From Opitutales bacterium (GTDB taxonomy: Bacteria; Verrucomicrobiota; Verrucomicrobiia; Opitutales; UBA9783): DNA of 64,000 nt. Where the stretch lies: contig JBKSMP010000021.1 of NCBI GenBank assembly GCA_046881885.1, positions 238-64,237 of the forward strand, read 5' to 3'. Positions 55,146 through 63,514 of this stretch are shown here, in pieces; positions within the stretch are counted from its first letter, which is position 1; each line of letters opens with the position of its first letter. The position numbers and the translations under genes are program-made. Below the pieces are notes generated by a model. It was not told where the DNA came from, did not search any database, and saw nothing but the letters and a program-made list of their open reading frames with translations.

Positions 55146-56258
55146 ATGACGGCTAATCTACGAGTTTCTTATCGTTTGCTCGTAGCACTTAGCCTTATCT
55201 TAACAACCTACGGATTAGTTATTCTTTTCAGCACATCCCAAGCTCTTCAGAATGGGATGTCTTTGCTTTATAAACAATGTATTTGGCTAATAATTTCGCT
55301 AGGTGCTTTTTGGGTTTGTGCTCATGTTAATTTAATAAAGCTAAAGCCATTCTCCAATTGGATTGGCGGATTAACGCTTGTCATTCTAACACTTGTACTC
55401 ATTCCTGGCCTTAGTCGATCTGTAAAAGGTGCCCATCGTTGGCTTGAATTCGGTGGCTTACGCATTCAACCTTCTGAACCTGCTAAAATAGGTTTTATCA
55501 TCTTTTTTTCCTATTTCCTAACCCATTACATGGATCAAATGGAAGACTTTATAAAAGGCTTTTTAAGACCTTTAGTTGTTGTTGGTATTTTTTGCCTACT
55601 TCTTATCTTAGAACCGGATTTTGGAACAACCGCATTATTTGGTACAGTAGCCGTCATTTTACTATTTGTGCGCGGGGTAAAATTGAAATTCATCCTTCCA
55701 GCTTCTGTCCTTTGCTTAACACTTTTTGGCCTAGCTATCTTTTTTAATCCAGTACGTATGAATCGGATTATCGCTTTCTTGGACCTCGAAAATAACCGTT
55801 TAAGCGGTGCCTATCAACTATGGCAAAGCTTGATTGCATTTTCTTCTGGAGGCTGGATAGGTAAAGGACTTGGACAAGGCCGCCAGCAATTTTTCTTTTT
55901 ACCAGAAGCACATACAGACTTTATTGGAGCCATTTTAGGCGAAGAACTGGGTATTTTTCACGTTCTTTTTATTCTTTCTTGTTTCGGTCTCATCTGCTTA
56001 CATAGCTTTCGCATCCTAAAACAATTAGGCGATTCTTTTCTTTTTTACTTAGGTCTTGGCGCAATCAGTTTTTTAACAATGCAAGTCTTTATAAATTTAG
56101 GCGTTATAACAGGCCTACTCCCCACAAAGGGGATTGCACTCCCGTTTTTGAGCTATGGAGGCTCCAATTTATTAACAAGCTTCTGCTTAATCGGACTTAT
56201 TGTAAACCTTTCCAGGCCAATCTATTCCCCCATTAACCTTATTAATACCTCATCATGA
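55146..56258 (+). CDS. ftsW: SEDS-family peptidoglycan glycosyltransferase FtsW (FtsW/RodA)
   Basis: 10-TM protein with RIQPSEPAKIGFIIF, PDFGT, HTDFIGAILGEELG and LPFLSYGGSNLL. Located upstream of murG. Confidence 0.88.
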   Translation: MTANLRVSYRLLVALSLILTTYGLVILFSTSQALQNGMSLLYKQCIWLIISLGAFWVCAHVNLIKLKPFSNWIGGLTLVILTLVLIPGLSRSVKGAHRWLEFGGLRIQPSEPAKIGFIIFFSYFLTHYMDQMEDFIKGFLRPLVVVGIFCLLLILEPDFGTTALFGTVAVILLFVRGVKLKFILPASVLCLTLFGLAIFFNPVRMNRIIAFLDLENNRLSGAYQLWQSLIAFSSGGWIGKGLGQGRQQFFFLPEAHTDFIGAILGEELGIFHVLFILSCFGLICLHSFRILKQLGDSFLFYLGLGAISFLTMQVFINLGVITGLLPTKGIALPFLSYGGSNLLTSFCLIGLIVNLSRPIYSPINLINTSS

Positions 56259-57343
56259 GTACCTTTATTATTGCTTGTGGAGGAACAGGCGGCCATCTAT
56301 CTCCAGGAATTGCTTTGGCCGAAAAATTACGTGAAAATGGACATAAGTGCATCCTAATTACTTCACAAAAACGAGTCGATCAAGAGCTTTGTCAAGCGTA
56401 TCCAGAATTACCTTTTATACAATTCCCGGGTATTGGCTTCTCAAAAAACATTTTTAAATGGCCGCGTTTCTTCTATCTGCAAATCAAAAACTTTCTGTAT
56501 TCTATCCATCTTATCAAAACAACACAAACAGATGCGGTGGTTGGGTTTGGAGGCTTTTTAAACGCAGGGGTAATTATTGCAGCTTTTTTACTGAGAAAAC
56601 ATTGTTTTTTACACGAAGCTAATTACATTCCAGGAAAAGCGGTTCGTTTTTTAAGTATTTTCGCTAAAAGAATTTACCTACCTGAAGGCGTACACCTCAA
56701 AAATATTTTTACGAAAACAGTTTTAAGTTGTGGTATGCCTATTCGCAAAGAAATTCAAAAAATCAATCAAGAAAAAGCAAAAGCACAACTTAATTTCTCA
56801 CCTCATCAAAAATTGGTTGTAGTTGTAGGAGGAAGTCAAGGGGCCAGCAGACTCAATAAATGGGTTATTGATCATTTCGAAATCCTTAATAATAAAAACA
56901 TCAATGTCCTTTGTGTAACAGGATTAAATAAAGGGAAAGCGCATTCAATGGAAAAAACAAATGCAGAAGGTATTCGTACGCAAGTTACCTTTGTCCCCTT
57001 TTGCAATCAAATGCATCAACTTTATTCAGCAGCAGATCTTGTAATCAGTCGTGCCGGTGCTGGAACACTTGCAGAACTAGCAAAATGCGAAACACCATCT
57101 ATCATTATCCCCTATCCACATGCTGCCGAAAATCATCAATTAGCAAATGCTACCCATTTTGAACAACGTGGTTGCTGCCTTATGTTAGAACAAAGCAATA
57201 TCGATAACCTACTTAATGAAACCTTAAATTTACTGGAAAATCCCAAATTACTCGAAAAACTATCACACAATTTAAAACAACTTAACCAATTAGATGCTAC
57301 AAACTTTCTCGCAAATGATATCGAAAGCGTTTTAAAAGCATAG
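56255..57343 (+). CDS. murG: UDP-N-acetylglucosamine--N-acetylmuramyl-(pentapeptide) pyrophosphoryl-undecaprenol GlcNAc transferase MurG
   Basis: GGTGGHLSPGIALAE ... VVGGSQGA ... ISRAGAGTLAELA ... P.P.A..NHQ..NA. Confidence 0.93.
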   Translation: MSTFIIACGGTGGHLSPGIALAEKLRENGHKCILITSQKRVDQELCQAYPELPFIQFPGIGFSKNIFKWPRFFYLQIKNFLYSIHLIKTTQTDAVVGFGGFLNAGVIIAAFLLRKHCFLHEANYIPGKAVRFLSIFAKRIYLPEGVHLKNIFTKTVLSCGMPIRKEIQKINQEKAKAQLNFSPHQKLVVVVGGSQGASRLNKWVIDHFEILNNKNINVLCVTGLNKGKAHSMEKTNAEGIRTQVTFVPFCNQMHQLYSAADLVISRAGAGTLAELAKCETPSIIIPYPHAAENHQLANATHFEQRGCCLMLEQSNIDNLLNETLNLLENPKLLEKLSHNLKQLNQLDATNFLANDIESVLKA

Positions 57344-57386
57344 TCCATCAAATCTGTATCGCCTTACAAAATAACGACAAAAATGT

Positions 57387-57415
57387 TTGACATTACAAAT
57401 AGATTTTCGTTGTAT
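57387..57415 (+). promoter_or_regulatory. Putative promoter of tRNA-His
   Basis: TTGACA (57387..57392), 17 nt, TTGTAT (57410..57415), ending 11 nt upstream of the tRNA 5' end. The -10 element is weak. Confidence 0.35.
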
Positions 57416-57426
57416 TGTTTTGGAGT

Positions 57427-57504
57427 GGTGGTTGTAGCTCAATTGGTCAGAGCACTGGATTGTGGTTCCAGGGGTTGCCGGTTCGAGCCCGGTCTACCAC
57501 CCCA
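57427..57504 (+). tRNA. tRNA-His (anticodon GUG) with G-1 and encoded CCA
   Basis: G-GTGGTTG-TA-GCTC..GAGC-A-CTGGA-TTGTGGT-TCCAG-GGGTT-GCCGG-TTCGAGC-CCGGT-CTACCAC-C-CCA. Confidence 0.93.
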
Positions 57505-57595
57505 GTTTGTCTTTAATCGCTTTTCATAATAAGCTTATTTTGAAACTGTTACATAATCATTTGACTTTTTTGTCGTTTTTTTATTTAATGAGTAT

Positions 57596-57802
57596 ATGAA
57601 TGTAGTTTCTTCTAGTACACAAACCCCCCTTATTCAAAACAATTCAAGCGTAACAACTCCTAAACAAGGTACATACGGAAAGTATACTCTTTCCTCAGGA
57701 AATGCAATGCTTATAAATACGACATCCATGCATCACGATTTTTCAATCACTTCTCTACCAGCTCACGAAATTGCTATCCTACATCGGCAACAAAACTTCT
57801 AA
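57596..57802 (+). CDS. Hypothetical small Ser/Thr-rich protein (68 aa), uncertain
   Basis: ORF only; it is the first ORF after tRNA-His and I recognise no motifs. Confidence 0.25.
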   Translation: MNVVSSSTQTPLIQNNSSVTTPKQGTYGKYTLSSGNAMLINTTSMHHDFSITSLPAHEIAILHRQQNF

Positions 57803-57887
57803 AAATTAAAGATTCCTCACTAAGACACGTATAAAAGTGCATTTACAAGGAATCTTCTACGCTATAATTTTTTCAGAACGTTCAGTA

Positions 57888-58217
57888 TTACTGCCTCGGA
57901 ATAACCGATAAATACAATACATCCATATCGGTATCATTGATAAGTGTATGGGTATGTCCTTGAGGACAATAATGAAGATTACCTGCTGTAATACGTTCTT
58001 CAACACCATCACAAATCGCTTTTATACTCCCCTTAAACACATAGAACATTTCACAGTTATCGGTATGAGTATGTTCGCCTATCGACGCACCTGCAGGTAA
58101 AGTTCCATACATAATCTTATTCTTATCTTCCAAAACAATTTTAGCAAACACACTCCCCTCCCCTTTGTAGAAATTCTTAAGCTCTTTTACAGGTAATTTT
58201 GAAAAATCAATATACAT
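57888..58217 (-). CDS. Cupin-domain protein
   Basis: Cupin motifs G.SIGEHTHTDNCEMFYVFKG and GNLHYCPQGHTHTLIN. Confidence 0.75.
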   Translation of the reverse strand: MYIDFSKLPVKELKNFYKGEGSVFAKIVLEDKNKIMYGTLPAGASIGEHTHTDNCEMFYVFKGSIKAICDGVEERITAGNLHYCPQGHTHTLINDTDMDVLYLSVIPRQ

Positions 58218-58341
58218 ACCAAATCCTTTCTATATTAGCATTTATTTATAAATTTAATTACAAACATCTGCGCCCGCTAAATTAGCCCTGCTATTTATAG
58301 GTTGTCAACTTTAAAAATGGTAAATTTAATTATATTTATTA

Positions 58342-58690
58342 GACCTCCTGCAAAAGTCTGAGAGGCAAGAATGCCAAGGATAAAAAAGGATTGAAATAAT
58401 AAACCTCCTACTCAAGAAACAGTATTTATGACGGATCAGCGGAGTCAAGTAAGAAAAGTTTTAAAAATGTGTGAGCAGGCTAAAACGGGCTTGGGGAGAT
58501 GGCACAGAGGCAGAAGCGCGTTGCCAGCCGACGGTATGGAATTGGTGACTTACGGGAACATTTGCTATTGTTGTTGATGTATTATCGGACGTATACGACA
58601 CATTTGTTTTTAGCGCAAATTTTCAAGGTGGATGAGAAATGCGAAACTGTTCCTGAAATTCGCTTCTCTAGGTTTGCAAGGTCTTGTTGA
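58342..58690 (+). pseudogene. IS5/Harbinger-type (DDE_Tnp_4-like) transposase 5' fragment, degraded
   Basis: The terminus and leader match the reverse complement of 1..137, but with a ~27-nt deletion that removes the ATG and with in-frame TGA/TAA stops. A downstream frame gives RRYGIGDLREHLLLLLMYYRTYTTHLFLAQIFKVDE, an HTH_Tnp_4-like pattern (L.e.LL.tLmYlR.Y.T...la..FgV.e). No DDE domain follows. Confidence 0.55.
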
Positions 58691-59028
58691 ACTGTTTCCA
58701 AAATAGAAATGGTTGATAGTTTATTCAATTTTTTCTCTGTAGATATTAGCAAAAATTAATTGAGCAATTTGTCTATTTATCTGTTATTATCAGGCAAATA
58801 GCTGAAAATTGCAAAAGATTATTCGTTGTTTTTAGAACTAACATTCCGTCAAGCATTAAGTAAAAATGACTAAAACCACCATCATTTTTTCAAAATAGGG
58901 CATCATTTTAGGTGAAGCTTGAACACTTTGTAAAATGTCAATATTTTTAAAGTATGCTTTAAAAACTCTGCAGAAAAAACTTTTTTACAAAAATTTCTAA
59001 AGATTGTTCAAAACACGTCATTATTTTA

Positions 59029-59821
59029 CTAATTATGTCTTATTTTTGTGTTACCAAAGTTGTTTTTTCCTGTACCAGAACGGTCTGTTATCAGTAAATC
59101 GGCCTCATAGAGACTATTTTCACTTAGGAGTTGATCTTCCCAAATAAAATTGGGCAATGTTTTTATCTTTTGCTCTAATTGAATTGCTAATACTTTACGA
59201 CGCTTTAAAAACTCAGGATGCGGTCTAACAATAACACGGTAATCCGTTTTACTTAATTCTTCAATAATGGTTTCAATGCCGTTTTCTAGCAAACTAGCCA
59301 TGCTCCAAGTCGGCGCAATTAATATCGTTTTTTGTTTAAATTGCTTTTTATACGTTTGAAAATTTCTATATACAATATCCATTCTTGGATAGCCTATTGG
59401 CAATAATTTTTTTGAGGCAAATTGTAAACCTGTTCACGTTTTTGTATTTCCTTAACATGATGCGGACCTACACAAAAAATGGTATCATACGCATCAAAAG
59501 ATTTTTCATTATATTGCAAATGAGTACTTGAAAAAGCATGAAACAAATAGATATATTCTTTCGTATGTTTTGATTTTTCAGATGATACGTATTTAAATCC
59601 GGCATTGTAAACACAAAACACCTTGCATCCATTTTATCAAAAACAGATTTTAAGAAAAAATTAAAATAAAAAGGATATAAACGTTCATGGTGGCTTTTTA
59701 ATATGGGATCATTAATATCTGATGTTATATAACTGCATGTTATAGAAGGATCTTTTAATAATTTCTCCAAAAAAGGACCAAAAGTTTGATAATAAATGCT
59801 TCTTTCCGAATAGAAACCCAC
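59029..59821 (-). pseudogene. TagF-like CDP-glycerol glycerophosphotransferase-family gene, broken into three frames
   Basis: Three overlapping track ORFs (59468..59821, 59394..59621, 59029..59403) read consecutively. They give LFHAFSSTH, IGYPRMD, ILIAPTWS, RPHPE and DLLITDRSG, which correspond to TagF-family blocks (GYPR.D, I.YAPT[WF], HP, D.LITDYSS). Confidence 0.6.
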
Positions 59822-59843
59822 GGGTAAAACCCGTGGGTTTCTA
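59811..59843. repeat. Perfect 14-bp inverted repeat (hairpin) at a gene-fragment junction
   Basis: TAGAAACCCACGGG-TAAAA-CCCGTGGGTTTCTA. Confidence 0.85.
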
Positions 59844-59992
59844 TTGGTTGTATTTATCTAAAACCTTCAGCGCTTAAAATTTTAAAAGAAAATAATTGTT
59901 TTTGTGATCAGCTTAATGAACATCGTTTATCGGGCATAGTTGATTGCTTACAACAAAAAGGATTCAAGGTAGCTTCTGTAAACGCTCACGGT

Positions 59993-61873
59993 TTGTGGAC
60001 CGAAGTTGACAATCCCATTGATGTTGCACGTTTCGTTTTAACAACGAAAGCTCAAACCTTACATGCACTTAGAACGCATGTTAAAAAATCCAAAATTCTC
60101 GACCAAATTCATTTTTCAACCCAGCAATGGTTCAAGAATCAAGATGAAGTAATCCGTACGATAATGGAACATTTTGGCAACAAACCACTTGTTGTGCGAA
60201 GCAGTTCTTTACAAGAAGATAGCTTTACTAAAGCCAATGCAGGAAAATTTGAAAGCCTATTAAATGTTTTACCAGAACGTAGTGCCTTGGTTAAAGCTAT
60301 TACTACGGTTATTCATTCTTATGGGACCAAAAACAATGCTGATTTGGTATTGGTGCAACCTATGTTGCATGATGTCAATGTCAGTGGTGTTGTTTTCACA
60401 CGAAGCCTTAATTACGGAGCACCTTATTACATTGTCAATTACGACAAAAAAGATACAGCAGCTATCACAAGTTGCGCTAGCAAAACGGATGAAATCTTTT
60501 ATCATTGGAAGTATGCAAACATTCCTGTGCACGCCCCTGATTTTTACAAAAAATTATTCGAAGCTATCCAAGAAATCGAAAAGTTAACACAATTTGATGC
60601 TCTTGATATTGAATTTGCGGTTACAAATGATGGGGAATTGTATATTTTCCAAGTTCGCCCCATTGCATCCCAACATTTGAGAGAGGTTGGCGATCATCGT
60701 TTAAATGAATATTTAGAATGTGCTGCAAAACGATTTGAAGATTATCAGCTAGCACAGCCTGATGTACAGGGCAATACTACAATCTTTGGTGTAATGCCTG
60801 ATTGGAACCCGGCTGAAATTGTTGGAACAAAGCCGCATCGCTTGGCTATTTCTCTTTATCAGCCATTGATTACGAATGATATTTGGGCACAGCAGCGTGC
60901 AGAATTTGGTTACAAAGATGTACGCCCTTATCCGCTTATTATTAATTTTGTTGGACATCCATATGTCGATGTACGCGCAAGTATACATTCGTTTTTGCCA
61001 AATAGCTTATCTAGCGATACCACTCATAAATTAGTCAATTTTTATGTAAATCGCTTGAGAAATAATTCCGAATGGCATGATAAGTTAGAATTCATGGTAA
61101 TGCCAACGTGTTACACGGCTGATTTTAAAGATCGTTGGTATGATCTTCTTATAAATGAGGCAAAACTTTCCGCAAATGAATATCAGCAGTATGAAAAAGC
61201 TTTATTTGATTTAACGCTATCTGCCTTTGAAAAATGCCAAAAGTGTTACGAAGAAATGGATGCTATCGAGAAACGATTTTCACGTATTTCCGATACGCAT
61301 CTAAAACCTTTAGATAAAATTTATGTTTTGATGCAAACTTGCAGAAAAGGTACACTTAACTTCTCTCATTTGGCACGTTGTGGTTTTATTGCAAGTTCAT
61401 TCTTGAAGTCCTTTGTTGCTAAGGGTATCATTTCTGAGGAAGAAAAGATCTCACTTGTGGAAAATATCCAAACGATTACAGGACAATTTTTTGAAAAGAC
61501 ACAGCAAGCTGTTGATAAAGAAGATTGCATCAAAACGTATGGTCATTTGAGACCTGGAACATACGACATTACTTCACCTACCTACCGTTCCGATCCCGAT
61601 AAATATCTGTTTTGTAATGCCAGTGGTAAAGCTATTGAACCAGAAAAAACTACAAACATTGTCCAAAATTACAATGCATTAGAGAAATACCTTAAACAAA
61701 CTTTTGATATCTCTTTAAATGGTTTTAAGTTGTTTTTGAAGCAAGCCATCGCGGGACGTGAATATTCCAAGTTTGTTTTCACAAAATATATTTCTTTAAT
61801 TTTGGATCTCATAGAAGAAATGGGGAAAGCTTACGGTTTTACGGCGAATGATATGGCGCACGTACTGGAATAA
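59993..61873 (+). CDS. PPDK_N-type (PEP/pyruvate-binding ATP-grasp) domain protein; its reading frame is continuous upstream with a nucleotidyltransferase C-terminal fragment (59828..59992)
   Basis: LVVRSSSLQEDSFTKANAGKFESLLNV and LVQPMLHDVNVSGVVFTR match PPDK_N blocks (VAVRSSA..ED....AG...T.LNV and VQ.MV....SGV.FT). The in-frame upstream sequence SIGCIYLKPSALKIL...GFKVASVNAHGLWTEVDNPIDVARF looks like the end of a sugar/phospho-base nucleotidyltransferase. I see no phospho-His swivel domain. Confidence 0.65.
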   Translation: MWTEVDNPIDVARFVLTTKAQTLHALRTHVKKSKILDQIHFSTQQWFKNQDEVIRTIMEHFGNKPLVVRSSSLQEDSFTKANAGKFESLLNVLPERSALVKAITTVIHSYGTKNNADLVLVQPMLHDVNVSGVVFTRSLNYGAPYYIVNYDKKDTAAITSCASKTDEIFYHWKYANIPVHAPDFYKKLFEAIQEIEKLTQFDALDIEFAVTNDGELYIFQVRPIASQHLREVGDHRLNEYLECAAKRFEDYQLAQPDVQGNTTIFGVMPDWNPAEIVGTKPHRLAISLYQPLITNDIWAQQRAEFGYKDVRPYPLIINFVGHPYVDVRASIHSFLPNSLSSDTTHKLVNFYVNRLRNNSEWHDKLEFMVMPTCYTADFKDRWYDLLINEAKLSANEYQQYEKALFDLTLSAFEKCQKCYEEMDAIEKRFSRISDTHLKPLDKIYVLMQTCRKGTLNFSHLARCGFIASSFLKSFVAKGIISEEEKISLVENIQTITGQFFEKTQQAVDKEDCIKTYGHLRPGTYDITSPTYRSDPDKYLFCNASGKAIEPEKTTNIVQNYNALEKYLKQTFDISLNGFKLFLKQAIAGREYSKFVFTKYISLILDLIEEMGKAYGFTANDMAHVLE

Positions 61874-62207
61874 TCGTATGGAAGATCCGCTTAAAGATGC
61901 CGAAACATTTCGTTGGGATCTGGCTTCACGGAAAATTTTTGAATTGGGTAAAAAACCAAAAACCTTGGATGATATTCAAGGTCAATATATTGGTTTGTTT
62001 AAAATTTCAGCCCCGTTTATTAAAACATTTAAGCAAATATACGAAACATTTAAAGCTGTTCATCTAAATTATAAAAATGCGTACATGACAGACTTTTTGC
62101 AATTCCTCATTGATAAAAACTTTCCTGTATTTGGTGTTCCCGTACGCAATAAATGGGCAGAGTTTGATACCGTTAACGATTTAAATTTGGAACTTGATTG
62201 GTTATGA
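61848..62207 (+). pseudogene. Nucleotidyltransferase C-terminal fragment (second copy)
   Basis: GQYIGLFKISAPFIKTF ... YMTDFLQFLIDKNFPVFGVPVRNKWAEFDTVNDL matches the C-terminal pattern of LicC/cytidylyltransferase-like enzymes (G.Y.G..K ... MTD.L..LI..G..V..V.I.G.W.EIDT.EDL). The N-terminal catalytic part is missing. Confidence 0.5.
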
Positions 62208-62692
62208 AAAAATCTTTTAAATCTTCATTATTTGTATCTTTATTCCCTTGGGCATTCTTTTGTTTTCAATACAATCAATGCCATGGATATTTTGCAGAAA
62301 GTTACGAAGTTTTGTTCAGCTTTTTTTGGCTTATTTAATGGCTTACGGCACTAAGGAAAAGAAATTAGAGAACTTCGATACGTCATGCTTTAGCTTGTGA
62401 CAGTGTTTTACGAGTGATCATGCCGGATAGAGGACGTTTTTGACGACTGTCACAGTTGTCAAAAAGGAGATAAATACAACAACCGATTGTAGAAATTTCA
62501 CCGCGGAAAGTTTTCATAACCTGTGCTAAACACAAAGACGAATATTGGGTGTTAGTCATTTGATAGAATCTGTAAGATTCTTTGCAAGTATTCCCTCCCA
62601 ACCTTAAATTAAAAGCAACATCCAAATCTTACCACACTGGATATATTTTGACAAATTTTTATCTAAAAGGTTGCAACAGAAAGAATAAGTTT

Positions 62693-63319
62693 ATGGCAAC
62701 GTATAAGGAAAATTTAACCCAAGGTTTTATTGATAAAATTTCTACCCATAAAACCAACGGAAGCAAATCTGCATTCGATAGTTATTATGACACCAAAGAG
62801 CGCGGATTGGTTTTGTTGGTAACGACGAATGGCGTAAAAACGTTTTATCTGCTTACGAAAATTCAAGGTCGTACTCGGTGGATAAAGATAGGACGTTTTC
62901 CGGAATTGACCGTTACAAATGCCCGTGAGGTAGCTCAATTGTACAAAGCGCAATTGGCTAAGGGGGAAGATCCTGAAGTTAAAAAGAAGCAATTGAAAGC
63001 GGAATTAACGTTCGGCGAGCTCTTTAAAATGTTCATGGAACGCTACTCCAAACCGCAGAAACGATCTTGGAAGGAAGATGATCGGACCATCAACAAATAC
63101 TATCACCATTGGTTCAATCGCAAATTGTCTGCGATTTCCAAATACGATGTTAATTTGTACCACAACCAATTGCGTGCTGAACGCGGAATTTACGTTGCTA
63201 ATCGAATGCTGGAGCGATTGAAGACCATGTACAACAAAGCGATCGAATGTGGTTGGAACGGCGAAAATCCGGCCATCGGCATTAAAATGTTCAAAAGACC
63301 TACTCTTTACTTTGGATAA
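62693..63319 (+). pseudogene. int: P4-type tyrosine integrase, N-terminal arm-binding and SAM-like part only (truncated)
   Basis: From the ATG at 62693: LTQGFIDKI...YYDTKERGLVLLVTTNGVKTFYLLTKIQGRTRWIKIGRFPELTVTNAREVAQLYKAQLAKGEDP (DUF4102-like), followed by a core-binding region. It stops after about 208 aa with no catalytic R..HxxR..Y domain. Confidence 0.8.
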
Positions 63320-63514
63320 TGAGATTATTACTTCTTACGAAAAGGTACTTGTGGATTTTTTGAAAATCTTAAAAAAAATCAATATAACACACGAAAAAAC
63401 AAACTTCAAGAATTCCTTAAAGTTGTACAATCAAGTCAATTTGTTAAAATATTAGGAATAATACAAAAGATTCAGATATTTTCTTATGTTTGTTTATGTA
63501 AAAAAAATAGCCTA

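Noticed and set aside
62383-62625. 80-aa minus-strand ORF upstream of the integrase fragment, considered as an excisionase/AlpA-type gene. The 9-bp inverted repeat TGTGACAGT/ACTGTCACA (62395..62456) lies inside it.
   Set aside because: I could align no HTH or AlpA-like pattern, and the ORF is Cys-rich and low in complexity. The inverted repeat may belong to decayed att or arm sites, but I cannot support that from the sequence alone.
62627-62635. TCTTACCAC just upstream of the integrase fragment, considered as a degenerate att copy of the tRNA-His 3' end (TCTACCAC).
   Set aside because: The match is only about 8 of 9 nt, with an indel. The adjacent GGTTCGAGCCCGG part of the tRNA is absent, so it is too short to distinguish from chance.
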